34,958 bases of DNA from an uncultured Gammaproteobacteria bacterium. GTDB lineage: Bacteria > Patescibacteriota > Microgenomatia > UBA12405. Under the pieces are notes generated by a model. It worked only from the letters and a program-made list of their open reading frames with translations. It was not told where the DNA came from and ran no database searches. The position numbers and the translations under genes were made by a program. The stretch spans positions 1 through 34,958 of the forward strand of contig CAYRMT010000002.1 in assembly GCA_964425635.1 (NCBI GenBank), read 5' to 3'. Every line of letters starts with the position of its first letter. The stretch's first letter is position 1. Shown here in pieces: positions 33,820 through 34,958 of the stretch.

Positions 33820-34491
33820 CTAATCTAAAACCCTCTTTTTTTTAATTAAGAAAACAAATAAACCAACGATTACCAAGAGTATAAAAAGTTCTATTAGAAA
33901 ACCCAATAAAATACCAAATTTCAAAATAAAATAATTAATTAACAATCCAAAAATAATGAAACCAACTAAAAATCTAACAACATATTTTTCTGAATATTTT
34001 CTAAAAACAAAATCTATCAATGCATTAAAAGTCATTCTTTTTTCTATAGTTTTTATATCTGGAAGACAATCACTTTCAACCCTTTTCCATTTTTGATCTT
34101 TAAAAAAATATTTATTTTCGAAAACGTGACAACCAATATCTGTTAATAAAATTCCATAAGGGGCTCTAATATCTTGACAATATTTATTTAATTGTTTTAT
34201 TGATTCTTCATAGATACCTTCCTTATATTTTTCTATATTTCTGGATAATTTTAATTCGATTACTATCATTGCCCTCTCAAAATTATCATCTGTTCTAACG
34301 ACTATATCTGCACAATTCGACAAAGAATAATCAAAACTTGTAGTAATTGATTGTCTGTCAATCTGGCTTGGTTTAATTTTAAGCAATTTAATTAATCTAG
34401 AAATAACATATTCTTCAAATTCTTTCTCTGACTTGAAATGTCCATCTCCAATTAACCATAAAAGTTGTTGTTTTGTAATTATTTCAGACAT
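33820..34491 (-). CDS. PD-(D/E)xK nuclease-fold protein (type I restriction HsdR N-terminal-like, HSDR_N family) fused to a C-terminal double-TM anchor
   Basis: ATG at 34491 (MSEIITKQQL). SEKEFEEYVISRL...QIDRQ...CADIVVRTDD...MIVIELKLS matches the D...E.K core, and YGILLTDIGCHVFE matches the yG+.TnG..w.f pattern. The C-terminus VVRFLVGFIIFGLLINYFILKFGILLGFLIELFILLVIVGLFVFLI is strongly hydrophobic. Confidence 0.6.
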   Translation of the reverse strand: MSEIITKQQLLWLIGDGHFKSEKEFEEYVISRLIKLLKIKPSQIDRQSITTSFDYSLSNCADIVVRTDDNFERAMIVIELKLSRNIEKYKEGIYEESIKQLNKYCQDIRAPYGILLTDIGCHVFENKYFFKDQKWKRVESDCLPDIKTIEKRMTFNALIDFVFRKYSEKYVVRFLVGFIIFGLLINYFILKFGILLGFLIELFILLVIVGLFVFLIKKKRVLD

Positions 34492-34512
34492 CAATATAAT
34501 TCTACACCTCAT

Positions 34513-34537
34513 CAAAAAATCCCCTAAAATAGGGGAT
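34513..34537 (-). terminator. rho-independent terminator after the GIY-YIG gene
   Basis: On the - strand: AUCCCCU-AUUUU-AGGGGAU, a 7 bp perfect stem, followed by UUUUUG. The stem starts at the stop codon of the GIY-YIG ORF. Confidence 0.6.
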
Positions 34538-34782
34538 TAATCCCAAATTTTATGTCTCTTTGCAAAACCTCGACCAGCTCCAGTTTTTAAATATTGTTCG
34601 AATTCAAAAGCTTTATGTTCACTATCAAAAATAAAACATGATTTTAATTTCCATGGAACATCATTTTTTGTAGCATCAACTTGTTTTGAATTATGTCGTT
34701 TCAATCTATCTTTTATACTATTTGTACAACCAATATAATGTTTATTTTTTAAATTAGTTAGAAAATATACATAATAAAACAC
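34537..34782 (-). CDS. small GIY-YIG nuclease-family protein
   Basis: GTG start. FYYVYFLTNLKNKHYIGCTNSIKDRLKRHN (GIY...YIG plus conserved R and H) and a later E (FEFEQYLK). This type of gene is often found beside tRNA genes. Confidence 0.8.
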   Translation of the reverse strand: MFYYVYFLTNLKNKHYIGCTNSIKDRLKRHNSKQVDATKNDVPWKLKSCFIFDSEHKAFEFEQYLKTGAGRGFAKRHKIWD

Positions 34783-34904
34783 AATTAAATAATATCATAT
34801 AAGCGGGTTTACCGATTTATACGCACTATTTTATAAAATTCGCTTCGATAGGGAATGAGTCAATTTCAAACAATCCACCGCCGCTAAAGCTTTGGCGGAT
34901 AAAG

Positions 34905-34958
34905 CGGGCCCGATGGGATTCGAACCCACGATCTTCCGCGTGACAGGCGGATGTGCTA
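34905..34958 (-). tRNA. tRNA-Asp (anticodon GTC), 5' portion cut by window end
   Basis: Reverse complement ...TCCGC-CTGTCAC-GCGGA-AGATC-GTGGG-TTCGAAT-CCCAT-CGGGCCC-G gives the anticodon arm, T arm, 3' acceptor strand and G discriminator. The D arm and 5' acceptor strand lie beyond nt 34958. Confidence 0.85.

Noticed and set aside
34783-34904. 122 nt gap between the GIY-YIG gene and tRNA-Asp, scanned for a small ORF or ncRNA.
   Set aside because: It contains only a CCGCC...GGCGG hairpin just downstream of the tRNA (a likely processing or termination stem) and promoter-like AT-rich hexamers. There is no convincing ORF or conserved RNA motif.
1-34958. Possible alternative genetic code (UGA recoding, as in some candidate phyla).
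   Set aside because: TGA terminates well-defined genes with ATGA start/stop overlaps (6556-6558, 12937-12939), and conserved proteins are full length under code 11.
1-34958. CRISPR arrays, IS elements, integrases and prophage genes.
   Set aside because: I found no regularly spaced repeats and no transposase, integrase or phage-like ORFs in the six-frame track. The only notable repeat is the duplicated ~70 nt terminator-like element.

Overview
AT-rich, tightly packed bacterial window with many 1-20 nt gene overlaps and few recognisable Shine-Dalgarno sites. The style fits a reduced Patescibacteria/CPR-like genome, but that placement is inference only. TGA is used as a stop codon, so the standard code 11 applies. 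Roughly nt 1-17900 is a + strand division/cell-wall (dcw) cluster: glyQS (5' partial), membrane protein, rsmH, ftsL-like, ftsI, murE, an ATE/Bpt-like aminoacyl-tRNA transferase homolog, an Mpl/MurC-type ligase, murA, mraY, a cytoplasmic NlpC/P60-like protein, threonine-synthase-like PLP enzyme, ATP-grasp ligase, ftsW, murG, mini-ftsQ, ftsA, ftsZ. An unannotated LysW-like zinc-ribbon ORF sits on the - strand inside it. After that come a two-gene minus-strand island bounded by a duplicated ~70 nt structured terminator, ileS (eukaryote-like type), a second SEDS protein, rplU-rpmA, parB, lepB and tRNA-Val. The last third holds a large secreted LamG + LCAT-like lipase, a GT2/GT2/O-antigen-ligase-like block, an Ig-like surface protein, tRNA-Thr and tRNA-Gly, a LysM protein, arsR, ndk, fbp, a PD-(D/E)xK(HSDR_N)-transmembrane fusion, a GIY-YIG nuclease and a partial tRNA-Asp. 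The most interesting signal is the dcw cluster itself. Within this window the usual murC/murD/murF/murB/ddl slots are filled by a different, translationally coupled enzyme set (N-terminally short MurE, ATE/Bpt-like, Mpl-like, NlpC/P60-like, LysW-like carrier, PLP enzyme, ATP-grasp). That suggests a non-canonical or salvage-based route to the peptidoglycan stem peptide. No CRISPR array, transposase, rRNA or prophage signal was seen.
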